NCBI RefSeq assembly: GCF_021869535.1
Contig: NW_026262697.1
Span: 806,001-870,000 of the forward strand
Length of the DNA: 64,000 nucleotides
Source: Mytilus californianus
Taxonomy: Eukaryota
Direction: 5' to 3'
Within the stretch, counting starts at the first letter, position 1. Every line of letters starts with the position of its first letter. Below are positions 61,336 through 64,000 of the stretch, piece after piece. Position numbers and translations under genes: made by a program. The notes below the pieces were generated by a model that made no database searches, had not been told where the DNA came from, and saw only the letters and a program-made list of their open reading frames with translations.

Positions 61336-62001
61336 TATTGCATAAGAAATGAAACCTTTCCTCAAAATCATTTGGTGTTTACCTGTCCATTTAATCTTTT
61401 TGTAAGTTGAGCTGTCTCAATAAATACAATAACTATTGTTCTCTGCGGAGTTCATTCCATGGCAACTTCAAATTTCTCCTTGGAAAAACTAATCATTCGT
61501 TGATTGATTTGGTTGTACAAAAAAAAAAAATCCAAGTGATGAAAATACATGTTTTTTTTAATTTTGGTTCATTTATATGTTTCGAAGTTTAGTGTGATGT
61601 CCATTTTCGCTGTACTAGTATACATTTTTTATAAGTTGCCAGCTGAAGCCCGCCTCCAGGTGCAGTATTTTCTCGATGTGTTAAAGACCCATTGGTGGCC
61701 TTCGGCTGTTTTCTGCTCTTCGGATGGGTTGTTGCCTCTTTGACACAATCCCCGTTTCCATTCTCAATTTTATGTACCAATACTGAATAATGACACACTT
61801 TGTCAGAGCAACAGATGATAAATACAAATTTATGTCAGTAATAGACTACTGTTGAACAAATATCAATTTTATTTGGTCAGTACAGAAAAAAAAAACTTGT
61901 TTAAAAAATATTAGAAGAAGCTGTAGATAATTTCGTTATAAATGATGCATATTGCAAATAGATTATATCAGTTTATTTTGGTTTCATAGTGATAAAGTTA
62001 A

Positions 62002-62275
62002 GGTGGTACCCAACACCTTGACTAATATTAATTTGGCTCGTTTAATTTTCATAAAATTTTGACAAAATGTTTACTTTGACCCTTTGATAAAAATATAAAA
62101 ATTTCAAAAAATTTGAACCAACCACTTTATCAGAAAAATTTCATTGGTTATATAGCAGTTTGACAAACACTAATTTTGATCATTGAGAAGCTTAATATTT
62201 CCTTAACAATACAACGTAATTAAAACGTTTAGCTGATTTTTACAGAGTTATCTCCCTGTAGTGTTAGGTACCACC
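62002..62275. mobile_element. Kolobok-like non-autonomous element with TTAA TSD
   Basis: TTAA|ggtggtacccaacac ... gtgttaggtaccacc|TTAA. RR termini favour Kolobok over piggyBac. Confidence 0.85.
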
Positions 62276-62301
62276 TTAAGTCAACATTTCCCTCAGACAA
62301 T

Positions 62302-62422
62302 CTGGCAACCCACTGAAAACAGACTATTATTACAGCAGTTACTGGCAACCCACTGAAAACAGACTATTATTACAGCAGTTACTGGCAACCCACTGAAAAC
62401 AGACTATTATTACAGCAGTTAC
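62302..62422. repeat. 40-bp tandem repeat x3
   Basis: Unit ctggcaacccactgaaaacagactattattacagcagtta. Confidence 0.9.
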
Positions 62423-62427
62423 TAAAG

Positions 62428-63185
62428 TTATACTGGGAGGTTATTATACGAAGATATAACCTAATATAAGTCTTTTGTTTGACAGGACGTCTGGAGTTTA
62501 TATTTAGAGGATGGTTATGAAGATATAACCTAATCTTTTGATTGACAGAATGTCTGGAGTTTATATTGGGAGGTTGTTGTATGAAGAGATTACCTAATAT
62601 AAGTCTTTTGTTTGACAGGACGTCTGGAGTTTATATTTAGAGGATGGTTATGAAGATATAACCTAATCTTTTGATTGACAGAATGTCTGGAGTTTATATT
62701 GGGAGGTTGTATGAAGAGATTACCTAATATAAGTCTTTTGTTTGACAGGACGTCTGGAGTTTATATTTAGAGGATGGTTATTAATATATAACCTAATCTT
62801 TTGATTGACAGGATGTCTGGAGTTTATATTGGGAGGTTGTTGTATGAAGAGATTACCTAATATAAGTCTTTTGTTTGACAGGACGTCTGGAGTTTATATT
62901 TAGAGGATGGTTATGAAGATATAACCTAATCTTTTGATTGACAGGATGTCTGGAGTTTATATTGGGAGGTTGTTGTATGAAGAGATTACCTAATATAAGT
63001 CTTTTGTTTGACAGGACGTCTGGAGTTTATATTGGGAGGTTGTTGTATGAAGATATAACCTAATCTTTTGAGTGACAGGACATCTGGAGTTTATATTGGG
63101 AGGTTGTTGTATGAAGATATAACCTAATATAAGTCTTTTGTTTGACAGGACGTCTGGAGTTTATATTGGGAGGTTGGTGTATGAA
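62428..63185 (+). repeat. Tandem array (alternating ~63/70 bp) of branch point, acceptor and start of MAN2B1 exon 4
   Basis: cctaat..cttttg(t/a)ttgacag|(g/a)a(c/t)gtctggagtttatatt... occurs 11 times. The last copy is the real acceptor. Confidence 0.95.
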
Positions 63186-63342
63186 TGATGAGGCATCAAC
63201 ACATTATAATGCCATAATAGACCAGCATACTCTTGGGTTGAGGTTTTTGTCAGAAAATTTTGGCGAATGTGGCAGACCACGCACAGCATGGCAAGTGGAT
63301 CCATTCGGACATTCCAGAGAACAAGCCTCATTGTTTGCGCAG
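63149..63342 (+). CDS. MAN2B1: Alpha-mannosidase exon 4 (includes catalytic WQVDPFGHS)
   Basis: (G)[64 protein letters not shown]|gtaaaa, 194 nt. The gene continues beyond the window. Confidence 0.97.
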
Positions 63343-63454
63343 GTAAAAGTTTATTTATATCCACACCCAACCCCAAATTCTGTAGATTTGTGAAGACACA
63401 TACAATATGACAATTAATTCTTGTTAAACTCATCATTAAATCCCTGTTGTTTGT

Positions 63455-64000
63455 ATTTTTATGCCCCGCCGTAGGCAAAGTGCTTTAAGTGTTACCCTTG
63501 ATCGTCCATCTTTCCGTCTGTCCTTCCGTCACGCCCCATTTTCGTTTCCAAACTCTCACTGCAGTTTGTCTCATCAGAATTTTATGAAACTCATACATAA
63601 TGCTAAGAACCCAAAATCACAGACAGAGTTCGAATTTGGGCAGTGCATCACTTACTGTTGCAATTATATTAGTCAGGTTTGTGGTATGTATTACAGTTTC
63701 CAAGATATGAGATCAGAGGATTTTGAATTATACTTTTACATGGTACAGACATTTTTATGCCTTTTCCTTATGTCCCCACCTTAGGCAACGGGGGCATTAA
63801 TCCTTATCCTTGGATGTCCGTCTATCTGTCCATCTATCCTTCCTTCTTTCCCATTAATGTTTCTGCACTCTAACTTAAGTTTTTCCAATCCAAAGTTTAG
63901 GAAACTCATACACAATGCTAAGAACCAAAACTCACAGACAGAGTTCCAATTTGGGCAGTTCATCATTTACCGTTCTACAGTTATGCCCCTTTATATTTTG
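63455..64000 (+). mobile_element. Two adjacent degenerate DINE-like fragments
   Basis: ttttatgccc.. starts, (GTCY)n-like microsatellites and a shared core aaactcatacacaatgctaagaacc...cagagttcgaatttgggcag. Confidence 0.6.

Overview
This is AT-rich animal genomic DNA with GT-AG introns and no prokaryotic features. The repeat families resemble those I know from bivalves, probably Mytilus; that assignment is an inference. I can support four protein-coding genes: (1) a TEX33-like gene on the minus strand, with coding exons 8290-8050, 5616-4867 and 66-<1; (2) a complete mitochondrial thioredoxin (TXN2, WCGPC) on the plus strand, exons 20665-20933, 23305-23428 and 28341-28454; (3) a single-coding-exon rhodopsin-class GPCR on the minus strand, 36062-35112; (4) the first four exons of a lysosomal alpha-mannosidase (MAN2B1-like, GH38) on the plus strand from 53562. 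The rest is about 20 unrelated minisatellites plus many transposons: DINE/HINE-type Helentron derivatives, a hAT-like MITE, Kolobok-like TTAA elements, a tRNA-SINE, an RTE LINE fragment and Penelope-like relics. The most striking unexplained structure is repeated tandem amplification of exon-intron junctions. About 31 and about 12 copies of exon end plus GTAAGT donor follow two TXN2 exons. Ten extra copies of branch point, acceptor and exon start precede MAN2B1 exon 4, and one decayed copy precedes exon 3. Half of a minimal hammerhead ribozyme is also present. Most short ORFs in the supplied track are repeat artefacts. All coordinates were read by eye and no searches were run.
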